Below are positions 25,320-39,900 of a stretch of 64,000 nt of DNA, piece by piece. A program made the position numbers and the translations under genes. The notes beneath the pieces are model-generated. The model was not told where the DNA came from. It was given only the letters and a program-made list of their open reading frames with translations, and made no database searches. The DNA is from Polymyxa betae A26-41 (Eukaryota > Protista > Endomyxa: Phytomyxea). Location of the stretch: positions 62,001 through 126,000 of the forward strand of contig RBZT01000348.1 of NCBI GenBank assembly GCA_003693705.1, read 5' to 3'. Positions within the stretch are counted from its first letter, which is position 1; every line of letters begins with the position of its first letter.

Positions 25320-27123
25320 ATGATGAGATTTCATTGGCTGATAGTCAGCTCGGCGCTGCTTCTACTGACCTCTGGTCTTAAGATTGAAGATGTTTCCAAA
25401 GGAGAAGACGACGGCACCATGACCAGTGTGGCCATTGTCAGTCCAGGCGTGTACAGAACCGTTGCCCCAAATCACGATTCATATCTTCGATTTACAATGT
25501 CATCTGGATGCTACAATCTGAACTCATACAGCTACATGAAGATGAAAGCCTGGGCACCAGCAGGTGTGCAATTTACGATCGATCTGCGCCAAGGTAACAT
25601 TCCGATTTCCTTGCGAGTATTGAAAGTACTTAACCATCATAAAGGTTTCGATGATTGCCGCCTGGACCTTTGGCCGTATGTTCGAGATTCAGCCTCTGCT
25701 CTTGTCAGCCACTATACTGCGAAAGGAGTGTTCGACGGATCACCAGATGGTCAGGATGTCTGGATCCCAATGTCGCATTTCAACGTCGATCGCAGCAAGA
25801 TTGCTCAGGTAGTGGGATTACTTCGCTGAAAAAAGCAGCATGTAAAACATTCATATGGGTATAGGTGTTCGTATCTAGTGTTGTTACGATGGGATCGTCA
25901 GCGGCAACGACCGTCCAATTCGGCAATATCGAATTTACAAATGATGCTCCGACCATAACAGTGCCAGCAGTCATGCTACAGAATCCGACAACTTGGAACT
26001 GTGAGAAGCCATACACGTTGGCGATTACATTTGACAATCAGCATAGTGGAAACCGTAATCTTCGCTTTCTCAACATATCGCTCTGTTAACTTTGTCATAG
26101 TGGATGAGATTTTGGATACGCTGAAAGCTCACAATGCTAAATGCACAGTTTTCCAGGTAATATCAGGGATCTGAAAGCGCGAGCCTTCTGATATCGAACC
26201 AGATTGGTGGAGATCTTGTCGAGAATGATGTTGCTATGAAGCGCTTGATGAACGAAGGTCATCAAGTCGCTCATCACACCTGGACACACCCGGTACTCTT
26301 ATATTCGTCTTATTGTGGAATCCGCTGAAACATTGTCAGGATCTCCTGGAGTTGAGCGAAGAACAAATTCGAAGAGAAATGACTCTAACCGATCAAGCGC
26401 TACAAACACGATTGGGCGTTAAGGCAAAATGGTTTAGACCGCCGTTTGGTCACCAGGATCCACGAGTTAGGGGCATCCTTAACGATTTGGGTTATATTTC
26501 AGTTATCTGGAATATCGATTCAACCGGTAACCAGTCATAAATTGGTTTTCACAGGCTTAAAACTTCATTGTTTATAGACTATTTTAATCAAGAAAATGGG
26601 CCAATGGTATGGACTCGAATTCAAGCTCGTCTAGACCAGATGGACCCATCTCGAACTGGAGGTTGGTGAAGCAATTTGAACTCATTTCTTTGTAACTGAG
26701 CGAATCGGTGTAAGGTTTATTGCTTCTGCATAACGATATTAAAGCATCCGCTGATTTGGTACAACCTATGCATTGAGGCTATATATTCCAAACTGATAGC
26801 ATAGCCAGGTGGAACGAGTGATTACATACGCGCGAGGCAAAGGATTCAAGGATTTCGTGACAATGGAGGAATGTATGGCAGGAAAATACAACTCATTCCT
26901 CGGAGAAACTCCAGCACCGGCTACAACATCTACCGGAGCGCCCGCTGATACTCCATCGGCTGCTAACCCTGGGCAGCAGAATGACGGAAGTATCCAGCAA
27001 AACAAAGGTACTCCAGTTTCCACTCCAACACCCCAAACCAGCGACGCCAGCCTCAAGATCAACAGCATTTGGGTTGTGATTTGCACTGTCATATGCATGG
27101 CGATGGTCCCATATCTACTGTAA
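25320..27123 (+). CDS. Secreted, probably GPI-anchored polysaccharide (chitin) deacetylase-like protein, CE4/NodB domain, copy 2 (8 introns)
   Basis: Close paralogue of 17965-19882. Signal peptide MMRFHWLIVSSALLLLTSG; motifs LAITFDNQ, HQVAHHTWTHP, WFRPPFG, WNIDSTDY, GGLLLLHND; shorter stalk and hydrophobic tail. Confidence 0.88.
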
Positions 27124-27213
27124 ATAACGATGACGATTCGATAGTTCAATTGTTCAATAAAGTGCGTTCTTATTGCGGCTACCTACAGGCTTACATTGCA
27201 CATTTCCTTCTGC

Positions 27214-30200
27214 ATGGACATTGAAGAAGGGAGCGGAGTCATCTTGCTTTTCGTAACAGGTTTCATATGGTAGGCTCACTGTCATATTATAAAGGTTCAG
27301 ACCTTCGGTCGTTGCATTCTGGCCTGCTTGCGGCCGACTCTTTTAAAAACAAAGCTGTAATTAATTTCAATTGTTTTGGAATGATTCCTGAACCGTCGGG
27401 CTAGGCTGCTCTGACAGCGCTCTGCGAATATCTGTCTGAACCTTCAAATCAGCTTGATTTGACCACAAATACAAGCAAACTTGTTGTATCACATACTGAT
27501 ATTCCAAGTCGGATTTTCGCTTTAAATGACTAGATTACTCACAGTCGTGTCTTAGAGGGAACCCTGACATGGATCGACATTGTGAAAGCCTCCCTTCGGG
27601 CTATCAATATGAAATCAACGTCAACGTTTTCTATGACAAAACTGACAATGTGGACTGATTTCAAGAATTTGATCTCGATTTCTGAAACATGTAAGAGGCA
27701 CTCGTTTCCCAAGGTCGCTGTTCTCAGATTATCTTTCAGACGGAAAGTTCTTATGCAGTCCAGGATTTCTGAATGTATTACTATCGTTCCTGATATCATC
27801 CTTCCAAGATTGCATCTCTCACGCTAATCAAGCCCGACTGTTGGTCCCTATTGTGGACTTGATCAAATTGGTTCTAAGCCCTGTCGAATATCAAGCTGAG
27901 ATAAGTGAGAAGAACTACTCGGGTGTGTGTTTGCTCGTAATTTTCAAGCTGCGCTTGGTAACTCGACAAAATCAGATTTATTTGCAATTTTTTCGAAGAA
28001 TCTGCTGACTCTTTGCAGTAATCAGGTTTGTGTAATTTGTATGCGTTTGGTCGGTATCTAATGTCATAGGACACCAAAGACCCCTTTAGCGCTGAAGAAC
28101 TACAGTTTGGACGTTCGAGCCCGAAGTCGTGCGTCCAGGTTCTTCATCACGTTTTATGTCAGTAGACTGAGCTCACTCTTTCGTCAGGTTATCTACAAAG
28201 TGCTTTTAAGCTATCCATATGATATTTATCCCTTTCTGGAAGATGACGTTTTCCCGTTCTTTTTGAAGTTCTTCAAGCTAAAACCGTAAAAAACACATTT
28301 TCACGTATGTCTCGCTAACTGTTTTCTGTTTCAGAAAAGATTGCCCTTCATCTGGAGAGGCGATCCAGTCTTTGGTCTGGTAAGAGTTTCATTGTAATAT
28401 GTGACATGATTTATCAATTACGAATAGTGTGCTCCGCTCCCATGCGCTCTCAGCCACACTGCCTTTTACATCATTTTTCAACGATGTACTTCCTTTCATA
28501 TCCGATATGATAATTAATTCATCACATACGTTTCTGGTAATGATCAATCAATGTCTCCAGCGAATTTTAATGTGTAATTTAGGGCTCTTTAATAGAGCTT
28601 GCACAGGTTGGGCTTGATGTGTTTTTTCAAATTGGCGAACTGCAAAATCTGATCGAATCACGTCGAGCGTGTCTTTCGGAGATTCGATCTGCCATACTAG
28701 AATCCGTTGCTAACCTTGTAATCCTCTCTTAAATCATTTAGTCTCGGAATAACAGCTGCTAGGATGTGCAAGCAAATGCGGTTTATCACAACTGTGGCAT
28801 CAACATTGTTTTGAGTCTGAATTCGCATCGGCTATCGATGATCCGACTGGCAGCGACGCTTCTAAATTTGATTCCCATTGAGATTTTCGATCCTGATGTT
28901 GCCGAAGAGATTTCCCGATCGGTAAATACGGCTTGCTCATCACCGTTGACGATGCTCTTCATCTTTCCGCTGATCCGTCTTTAGCCTCCACCAAGTAAGC
29001 GCCGCCGAGTTGCTGCACAATGCGCATGGACGAATGTGTTCTCATGCGATCCAATTCCGTTGCCGTCTCTCTGGCTACTGTTCGTTTATATTTGTAATCA
29101 CCATGCTCAACTGTCCATATCTTTCATTGATCGGATCTTGACACGATTGGCTTCTAGCATTAAACAGGCATTTCGCTCTTTATCTGTAATTCACTGGGTG
29201 CTAATTTTCGGCAGTGGATTGGAATGACGGTTTCCTGCGAATTGACACTTACTTGGTTAACCGCATGCACACGAGTCGCTTCTGATGCATACCGGTTAAG
29301 CTCACCGAAACCCTGGCCTGGTTCAGAGCAACTTCTTACAGTTGTACTTGGTTGGCCTGACATCTTCAATACAAAAAGTATTTCTTTGAGTGCTCAGGTC
29401 AGTTTTGGGAACTCTCTAAATCAACGATTCGTTCACTTTTGCTTGTAAGGTTTCGCGGTTGTTATTATCTCTAATAACCGAAAGCACATTCAACATTGAG
29501 TCCGAAATTGGATCGAAGCTCAGACAGAAGAATAGCACGATCGATCCATTTTCTGCCCTTCTATTGGCAGTCATTACTCAAGGTGACAATCAATTTATTC
29601 TTTTTCAATCTTGTTGTCTAAAAGTGGTAGGTGCCGACAAACAGGCGATTGAACGCCGCCAAGAGCGATGTTCATTCATCCTTGCCTCACTTGTTGATTA
29701 CAATGAGCCAATTATCAACAATGAGCTCGTCGATTTCGAGTTAGTTTCCCTGTGTCACCAGTTTCAGGTATGTTTATTTGAGCATGTTTGCCGTTCTGAT
29801 GGCGGTCTCGCCTAGGCTGAATGCATCCAGCAAGCTCTATTGCTCCTGATTGGAAATTCGTCGAGTGCTTCTCTGAAAATGAGTTTCAGTGAGCTCTTAG
29901 AATCTCCTTTACCCGTGCTGCGAAAAGGTGCTTTGCAAGCTACGGGTCATTCTGTGCATTAAACACGAATTCAGACGAAGAGCTCGGATTTATTGACTTT
30001 CAGCGAAAATGGCTACCTGCTTCGGTCGAGCAAATTACAACTACAATCAAGCTGTCTCACCCCGGAAATCCAATTGCCTCGCTCTTGGACAATGATATTT
30101 TGCAGCTAATCTCCCAGTCGATGTATTTTTCATTCACCCAGCTGGTTCGGATACTTCAACTGACATATGCTGTTGCTCCTGGCTGTGCTCCGGATCTGAT

Positions 30201-33200
30201 ACAGAAGATATGCTCGTATCATATAGGTAAGTTTCCCAAATTCGAGTACTATTGGCGACTGTGCCTAAGTTTAATGCAGGCAAAATCACAGAAATTTCAA
30301 ATGCTGATATCTTCTCACTCCACCATTTGAAGAGCATCATCTTAAGATATCCAGGGAACGACTCGTTTCTTTCGCTATATGAACCGCTGGTGCACTTGTT
30401 GTCGATCGTTTGTAAAAGGCTTGAAAATCTGTTTTGCCAGCCTCGATCAGCTGGCTACTCGCTCGTTGGAGCACAGAGTATTTTGTGCTTGAATCGAAGA
30501 CGCTTGACGGTTTGAATGTTTCCTTAGATGACGATAAATATGTTGCTGCGATTGTGGTAATCTGTGAGATACTCAAGCTAGTTGGATGCTCTCAGTCTCT
30601 TGAAGAGTATGGATTACCTCTTTTTCGTTGCCAAGCTTTCAGAGCGGCTTATGCTGTACTGAACTGTTGCTCTCAGTCTGCATCGACTTTTCTTGAAGTG
30701 GTTCGCGATTCCGGACTATCGTAAGTTCTTCCATAGCACTGAAATTGAGTTTTAAGTTTGAGCCCAGCTCTGTTGGTCGAAATCTTTGTGTGATCAACAT
30801 GTCTATTTCCATCTTACCGCAAGTGCTTCGAAGCTCGAAAAGTCAAGCTGCCGTACAGCACTACAACAACATGATAAAACGCGTCCGTTTTCCGGATAGT
30901 CCTGAGATCGTCGAAAATGAACTTCCTCGCTCTAGCCGTATAGTCTTTTTCAAGGCCGGATCTGCATTCATTGACTTCTACAAAAACAAACCCGCAGACG
31001 AGTTCGATCCGGATGTAAGTTGTTAATTCCCTTATCTTCTCTCTTTGGGCTTATTTCTATATAGGAGATTACTCTTGAGGGGTGTGCGGATCTATGTTAT
31101 TCGGTTCGTTATTTCTGTGGAAGTTATGCTATAACTTCCATCAGTAACGTTTCGACAACAGTCCAATTACAGAGGCTCTTTATTTCGAAATTTTTCAATT
31201 GGCTGAATGACTCTTTAAGCGATTCGCAAGGCCCCGATCATGTTCGGTACTGGCTTAAAACGTTGGATTTGTCTGAAACTTTCTTTAGGGTCGTATTGTA
31301 ACGATCCTAAAAACTGCTACAGAGTTGGCCAAGGTCATCGATTTTGCAGTTCAGCCTTCATTTAGCATTTTATGTCAGGCTTCGCTGCGATCCTATCCTC
31401 TTTGCTCGAGGTATAATGCATTTAAACATCTTCGCTTTCAAAAAGAACTGTTCCTAGGACTATCGCTAATCGCTGCTTGTCGGATTTGGGCTTGCATTTT
31501 GGTCAATCACCAGACCGTATCTTGTCTTGCGATTTCGAAGAAATTTTCAGTATCTTCCTGGACTGTAATAACGCTCCAAGTCTAGACCTTATCAAGCAGT
31601 TTCCTTTAGAATTATTTATATCAAATTCTGGCTGTTCTCCGAGTATTTTAGGTAATCTCGCGAGTGTATTAACTTCCTTATCTAAACTTTCTGGATAGAT
31701 CTTGATGATATCCCATTATACTTCGCTCAGCGAGTCATAAGTTCCCTGCACTATGTGGATCAGTGCAGAGGGACCAAACTGGTGGATGCACTACTGTATA
31801 ATAACAGGAAAGCGTCCAAGACTCGGAGGAGGGTTGAAAGTTTTTTGTGCTCCCGCATCCTGATAATGATCCAAAACAAGAAATCCAGCCTTCCAATTCG
31901 TTTGCCAAAGGTGAGGTTTTCATGTTTAATCATCCTTCTTTAAATATTTTGATAGAGCTTATTATCCACTGATACATCTTCCTCGGTCACCGACCCCAAT
32001 GAAATTATGCTCGGTATTATTCAGGTAACCTATGAGTTATATCATAATAGCTGGAGGCGGTTATCGTCTCTGATTTCAATGATATCGCAGGGCTTGTCAT
32101 TACGTGAGCCGTTTGGAATTGCACCCGACAATTTACCTGAAGTTTTTAACAAGTTATCGTCGCAATTTAGGTAGTTGTGTCCCACTTTTCCAAATCAATA
32201 CTAGAAGCCCTTTAGATTCGACTCGGTTGCACAACTATATCTCAGCCCTGATGAATCCGGAAGGACAGTCTATAATCTGTTGGTGTCTTTTCGTCATTTA
32301 TTTGCAGACACTTGTCCCTGGCAAAGTTTTCGTCTAACAAATTTGGTACAAAATGCATTCAGTATATGCCCATGGCGGTTGATCTTTCTCAGGTTCGATC
32401 CTTGGCCGTGCTTGCCGCAGCCTCGTCTTTTCAGCAATGTTTGATTATACCTGCCATATTACAGCAGTTTCTCTCAGTTTGTATTTGGGTTGCCTTTGAC
32501 CTTAAGCAGCACACTATATTGTTACCCACCATTCGCTCCTTTATAAACAACGCTCATGAAAAGGACGAAACTCGTAAGTTATGTTTTTGAAGGCATTTAA
32601 TTGCAGTAATTTTCCTTAGTGTTGGAGCCATTCCATTTTGATCTGTGGTCGGTATTTCAGCTAGCCGAAACGAGAGCGCCGGAATGGCTAGAAGCTGCTT
32701 GTCGCTTGAAAGGTTCGTCAGAGGTGATATTGCACGTTGTACTGTACTAAGTTGCTTAGGATCACTCTCTGAAGAATTGGGCATCTTCCTTCTCCGGCAA
32801 CCAGAGCAAGCCATTGTCAGGTCGGAGCTGGTAAATCAAATTCGCCTCCGACGTCTGCTTCAGTAAAACGAATACTACCCGAGCGTCCTATTAGCTAACA
32901 ATTACATTCAGAGTTATCTCGGATCGTCACTATTCTCAGCAAACCGTACAAGATTCGCTATGGAGTCGGGTATTGCACGAGTTAGCATTTATTTCAGGAA
33001 ACCTTGGCCAGAAAGAGGTTTATCGTTATTGGATTTAACAACTGGTATTGACTCAATTCAGAAGAGATTGGCTACAAGAGCGCTCGGGTCTGTCTCGATT
33101 TTTTTAGGACAATCGAAGTTTCAGCGGCTGTTTCATACTAGCCGCATTTATACCAAGAATGCAATGGACATTGCCGAACGAAATAGGTGATTCATTCTGC

Positions 33201-36200
33201 TCTTTCGAAGTTAAATTTCCAACTCAAACGACTTCAGAACTGTTCTTTCGCATCTATGCAGTTCGCTTCAGCATCCCGACCCGGAAATAGTCTCGCTTTC
33301 AGTCGCTTGTTTAGAAACCATTGTTGGAGGAAAGCCAATCGAGACCTTGAATACTTCACATCCTCAGCTGCTTACTCCTTTCTGCAAAGTATGAAAATAA
33401 CTCTCGCTGATTTTTCTCAAACATGTTTCCTAGGTAACGTTCGCACCGCAGCGAACTGACAAATTTGATTCAAAGATGATTCGCATTCCAGAGGATCATG
33501 CTTTCAGCTCTTGGATTTCAGAACTATCGTCACTGCTATGTCTTGCATCTGAAGATGACATTCTTCGGAGTATGCATAAGCTAGTTCTACACGATCCAAT
33601 GACAGCAGAGCTCATATTTCCACATTTGGTAGGGGGATGCTTGTCATTCTTCGCAAGGCTGTAAGGCTTTTCAGATCATAGACAAAGTTTCAGCTGCAGC
33701 AAAAACTGGCAAAACACGAATTGAAAACCCTATCGTTCCGCTTCTGCTTAAACTCTTTAACAGTATTGCTAAGCAAGCTTCCGATCCAGCCAATGGTTTG
33801 CGGTTCGGTAAATCTCTGACGGTGGCCTTATCAGCTCTGCTCCAGATTTGTCACCAAAGGGTTTTTATTTAACGATATCTGCTTCCAAACTTACCGTTTT
33901 ATAGATGGTTGTAGAAAAGGCACCATGGCGTGCCTCCCAAAGTAGAGGCAGCAAATCTCTAAATAGTGCCTCCAACATCTCTGCGCTAGAAAGTACAATG
34001 ATTTTTTCGTGATGTTTTTGTTGTTTTAAACAAATTTGACGCAGGCGGATTTAATATGCTCAATTTTGCAGAAGCCTGTGTATTGCATTCAAGGCATTCT
34101 ACAGCCTTTTTTTTCTTAACACTTTGGGCAGAAACACGTACAGCAGACTGCGTTAATGGACTTGCGTCTTTGCTGACGTCAAACGGTTACTAATGCAACT
34201 GCAGGCACTTCCCGCCCTGATAACTCTGCAGGTGATTTTTCAAGATATGACGAAGATCATCTGCGATTTAACCGGTTGCTTATCAGAGCGTGCTCGTTCT
34301 CGCTGGATTCAGACTTGCTGTAAATTCTGCATGACAGCAATGCCCGTTGATAATGGAAACTCTTAGATACGGTGCGTGTGTGAATGATTTCTCTGAGGAG
34401 AGTGATCGCCTTCTCTACCGTCATCAAGGTTGCGGGAATATTTTAGCTACTTCAATATAGTGTCTGAACCGTTATTTAGGTGATTGGGTTCGTGCTCTGC
34501 AAACACATTCCAATGCCGTTACTTCGTCTTTCAACGGCGCGCCGGAGCATCTCCATGGCGTGCAGGAATCCCTCCGGAATCTTCATTGCTACTCGTTGTT
34601 GAAATCGTACGTCAATGTTGCTTCGTACGTAAACGCAGCTTTAATTTGACGCTATAGATTTGCTGAACCTTCATCCCCATTCTTTTATGAGTCTGCTTGG
34701 AACAGCGCCGATTGGTCGATTGATGTTGATACACCAAGTCTATCAAATTTCAATGAGCACATTTACTGCACCTTTCAGGGCTTGGTGCTTGATAAGGACC
34801 GACATTATGTGGATTTTGTTCTGCTAAAGGCGCATGATACTGTGGCTGCATCTGCTTTGTCTTTCGACGAGCATTCAGCGTTGGCAAACGTTGCCGTCGA
34901 TCAACTGGCAGTGCTTGCGCTGCTTGATGATGCAGTCCATACCGGCCAGCTGCCTGCACTATATAACGATGATCAGAGCGATTATGTTCAAGGCGTTTTA
35001 AATGCACTATTGCTGGTTCGATCGGAACCAAACGAATACCGATCGCATTGCATCAAAATGTGTAGCCGTGCAATTGAGATCGGCAGTGAGAATCTAGCCA
35101 TGTATTATTTGCACCGCACCCGCCAGATTGAGCAGGTCGTACCTGACCTCCAATTCAATATGAACCATGCTAAGCTTTTGTGGCTGCAAGGACAGCATGC
35201 TCGTGCTATCTTCAATATGAGCCATCTTGTGGATAGCTCTAGAGGTGAGAACGACCAAGATCTTATTGCTGATGGCAATCTCTGTATTGCCCAATGGGCA
35301 GCCCATGCTCAATCGCACGAATATGATTTCATCAATGACCGGTTTGAAGACTAAAAATGTTGATCTCATAGTCGCTCTAAGAGCTGCTTCATTAGGTTTA
35401 TCAGAGCATTAAGTGCAAAGGCATGCGGCTCAGGCCATTTTCATTTTGCATCATTTCAGGACAAAATGCTACAGCAAATGCTCGATAAAGAGCACAGCAC
35501 CGAAGATCAGCGTTTCGCGGAGTTGCATTCTGCAAGAGCTTTGGAGCTCAATCAACTAAAGCAGCAAGTTGAAGCACAGTCTGGTCGGCAATCAGACGAA
35601 ACTGTAAAGAAACTCAAATTTTACATAAGATCGTTAGAGGTAAATGCATTTGCGAATTCGCTAATAGTTCATTTTTATATATTTCTGTGTTAGTTGCAAT
35701 TCAATGAAGATGAAGCACTGCTAGAACGATGCCGAGTTAGAGTTGCAACACTTGCACAACAAGCTGTGCAGAATTATATTGTTTGCCTTCAACTCCACAA
35801 TCAGCACGACTTGCAGGCTCTTTTCAGATTGATCTCGATTTGGTTTAGTCTGTATCAAAGGTTCGTGATCTGCAACTTTGATGCTCTTTTTTACGGTGCT
35901 GCCAGATTACCGTCGATATCGAAGCTGATTTTAAAGGAATTGAAATTGATCGATTCGGCCAAGTTCTTACCTCTCTTTGTTCAAATCAGCTCTCGCCTAC
36001 AAACCGTCAAAGATCCTCTCCAAAATAATTTGGACGCTCTTGATCCTACGTAAAATATCATTCCGTCACTCAGAATGCGATCCCATCTGACGATGTTGTC
36101 CCAGGCAATTGTTTCATTCGTGCATCTACCAACTTGCTCTATACGTATTGTCTGAGCACCCTCATGTGGTAAGAGGTTGGGATAGTCTTATTAACATTTG

Positions 36201-38042
36201 GCTGATCATCTTCCTGCAGCACTCGTATGCTATTATTGCCCTTCGGAATCTGGAACGAGTTCCAGGGAAAGACCAACTTCAATATGACATGAATACAAAT
36301 AAGCAACAATCAGCCAGCAGTTTGCTCTGCACTCTTGCACAACAATCACCGCCTCTCGGTGCTCACATATCTGCCCAGGTAATAATCAACTTGTTGCTGT
36401 TTTATGTTGACATTCGTGATTTCCAGCTGAAATTGAGTGAAGCCTATATTGAATTGTGCTCAAAGAAATGGGCTTCGAAGCAGACCAGGATTGACTTGAA
36501 AACCACCACTTTGGGCAAATTACCGTGGGAAGATCTTCGGTTAGTTTGCGCTCCAACTCGGTAGACAAGTTTCTTGCAATGTGATCCCTGATTGAATCTG
36601 ATTACCAGCGGCTTGCCGTTATCATTTCGTGATAATTACGTCGATGCACTGGAGACATCGTACAGCATCGTATCGTTCGACCGATATGCAGAATTCAGCA
36701 AAACAGGTCTAAGCCGTCCAATCATTTTGACATTCACCTGTGCCGATGGCACCAAGCACCAGGTTGGTTTTAGTGAGGCAACGCCAAATATAAGACAATA
36801 AGATTGTTTAGGAGCTCATTAAACCGAACGACGATCTTCGGCAAGATGCAGTGATGGAACAAGTGTTCGATCTCGTGAACACTTTACTGAGACATAATAA
36901 TCGTGCCAGCAGAAATGGCTTAGAAATGAGAACATACAACGTGGTGCCTCTGACACCATGCGTCGGTTTAGTGCAATTTCTCACCAATACTCAAGCTCTA
37001 GGTTACAGCTAAATGATCGGAAACCTGCCTGTCACTCATGAACGTAATTTAGGCGATTATCTAAATCCAGCCCATCGCCGCTACAGGCCCAACGATTGGA
37101 CACCGGATTATTGCAGGAGTAGAATTCAAGACGCAACAACGGCGAACGAACTTGATGTTTGCAATCAAAGATTCACATCATCCATCAATCTGATAATTTG
37201 GTTCAGGTCTTCTTGTCGGTCGTGGAGCACTTCCGTCCAGTATTCCACCATTTCTTGCATGAGAATTTTTCAGACGCTCCGGCATCGTGGCTGAGAGCTC
37301 AGCTTCGGTATACGAGAAGCGTCGCAGTCAGCAGTATGGTTGGATACATTGTTGGACTGGGTGATCGTCATTGTAGCAATATTCTCATCGATATGAATGA
37401 TTTCACTTTGGTGCATATCGATTTAGGAATCGCCTTTGACCAAGGTATGGCGTGGCGTAAAATTTCTAACAACCGCCGAAATATTCGTTTAGGCAAACTA
37501 TTAAAGAAACCGGAAAACGTTCCCTTCAGGCTAACACGTGATATTGTGGATGCTATGGGGGTTACAGGCGTTGAAGGCGTTTTTAGAAGGACGTGCGAGT
37601 TAGTGCTGTCCGTATTGAGAGAAAGCCAAGTACACGATATCTCAGACAAGATCCCTGAAAGCGCTTACTGAAATTTAGGACTCGATACTAACATTGATTG
37701 GCGTGTTCAAGTTCGATCCACTCTACAAATGGTCAATTTCATCGAAAAAGCTGATGAGAGCCGATCAGGTCTGTTTATCTTACAAACGATTTTGACAGAA
37801 AGGTTGAACGCCGATATCAGAGTTCTTCCGATTCCGCCGAAAACGGTGGTATTCTACAGTCCGAATCCAGTCCTGGCAATGTTAATGCCGAGCGCGCCTG
37901 TCACGGTGTCAAACAGAAACTGGAAGGTCGGTTTGGAGGCGAGTTGCTCAGCGTTGAAGGCCAGGTTCGCAAGCTGATTGTCGATGCGACCTCGCTCGCT
38001 AATCTAGCAACAATGTTCTGTGGATGGAGCGCTTTCTTATAA
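27214..38042 (+). CDS. ATM: ATM/TEL1 PI3K-like serine/threonine kinase, very intron-rich
   Basis: Kinase exons [81 protein letters not shown]|[38 protein letters not shown] motif [45 protein letters not shown]. Start position and N-terminal exons approximate. Confidence 0.92.
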
Positions 38043-38272
38043 ACCGGTGTTTGCCAGCGAATTCTGAATTGCAGTTTCTGGTGATGATTACCTCATTTGC
38101 CTGGAATGAAGAATGGCTTACAGATCTTTAGACCAGATTTGCAGGTCGTTGAGTTCCCGCAGTTTCTATCCCCAAAGTATCATGGACGGGAAACTGCGCG
38201 CTCTTCCAGTTCGTATCAAATCTAGCTTTGCCATCAAAGGCAAATCAGTGAAGCGTTGTCCATCACCAGCAG

Positions 38273-39173
38273 ATGGGACGTCGCACCACACGCCAGAATT
38301 CTGCTCCGCGAATAGGTCATGTCGGCATATTGCTCGATTGTGATGAGCTGCGCTCGAAACATCCCGAGCTAATCGGGCAACTTGCGACCATCATTGCTTT
38401 GGAACAGGATGATCGTTGTCGTGTCCGCCTCGATAACAAAGCGGAAACAGAAACGGTTGTTCCGATCTCGACGTTCCTCTCTGAATTCTCTTATCAACAA
38501 CCTAATGATGGTTTTGAGATTAAAAAACCCAGAAGGAGTCCAGCTCGAAATTCGTTGAAAACCGAACATCTTGTACCTGCTTTTTCCTCTATCGAGCCAA
38601 ATTTACTCGAAACAGCTCACGACCTGGCCATGCTGAAGGAAACTGCTCAACAACTAACCGCTTTGCATTCATCTTCTCCAATGCCGAAACGATCCAGCAA
38701 TATGGAAGATTCGAAAACATATTGCTCTGTCTGTCTAATGCCTTATGATAACAACGCCATGATTCAATGTGATAGCTGTGATTGCTGGGTCCACGCCCAA
38801 TGTGATGGTTCGCAGCCGGTATTTCACATTGTAAAGATTGAACTGACATTTTTGTAGGCATCAATTCCATAAAGTTATCTCGTCTACGAAAAGATAAGAA
38901 TGCTGAATATTTCTGCCCGGTTTGCAGGCAATCACCAAATTTGGCGCAAACCGATCAAGGGTCGAGCTTGCAATCGCCGGGGTACTATGACGAAGATCTG
39001 TCTCCAGATAAGACATCAGGTGCCCAACATTTATCTTTGAATCCTGCACCTTCTAACATGCTATAGGAATTTTAACATCTATATGTGTGCTAGTTGCTAG
39101 CATTCAAGAAAATCGCAGGCGACTACGATTTCAACAACAGCAACAGCAACAAAATGGCGATTTTCTGACGTGA
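38273..39173 (+). CDS. PHD-finger protein
   Basis: YCSVCLMPYDNNAMIQCDSCDCWVHAQCD|GI...EYFCPVCR (C4HC3) across an intron at about 38808-38858. Probable short poly-Q tail. Start and end approximate. Confidence 0.8.
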
Positions 39174-39900
39174 CGTATTAGTAATTATATAGCCTGTTAT
39201 TATTTATACTGTAAATTATATGAGGTATCAGTGAAATTTAAGTCTGCTTAGGTAGTCAAACATTGAGTTATTTACATCACGTTTGTGTCCGCCTCCAGCA
39301 CACACTTGTTGGATGGTTTCTGATGTTATGCGTTTCATGTTTTGGGCAACTGAAGAAAAACAATTTTGATGATCTTCGTTTTATCTTAATCAGATATCCT
39401 CTTCCAGTCTGTCTCCGCATCTAGCTTCGAGTAAATGGCTTCGTCAGTTGGTTTCGGCCATTCTGTTTCGCCCATATAGTACTTTGGAATCACATGAAAA
39501 CCCCCATGAAGTGGATATTTCATTGTAGCATACTGTTCTGGTGGAGCGATTTTGTTTTGATTATCTTAATCACGGTCCAGCATAATTTCAGTCAAATCGA
39601 AGCTTTTTTGTTGGAAAACCTTTTTGTTGTGCTCTTGATTTGAAATCTCGGCTAAATTTCACTGTCAATATTTTTTGGAGATACTGTTCAGTTCGCCTTT
39701 GTATTGTATTGTATGCAGGCCTAATCGAAACAGGGTAGTCTCCGGAGCACCTGGCAGTGGCAGTCCCAGCACTAAAACATCAAACGTAGTGAAACCCTTT
39801 TGAAAGGTATATTAATTTTCAGGCAGAATCCAGTGCACAGATGCGGGAAAATGTCAAGTCCATTTTGGCCAACATATTAGGCTATGCATAACACTATTCA

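Noticed and set aside
39174-39900. AT-rich spacer between the PHD gene and COG1 as a possible ncRNA
   Set aside because: No tRNA, snRNA or other structured-RNA signature recognisable by eye.
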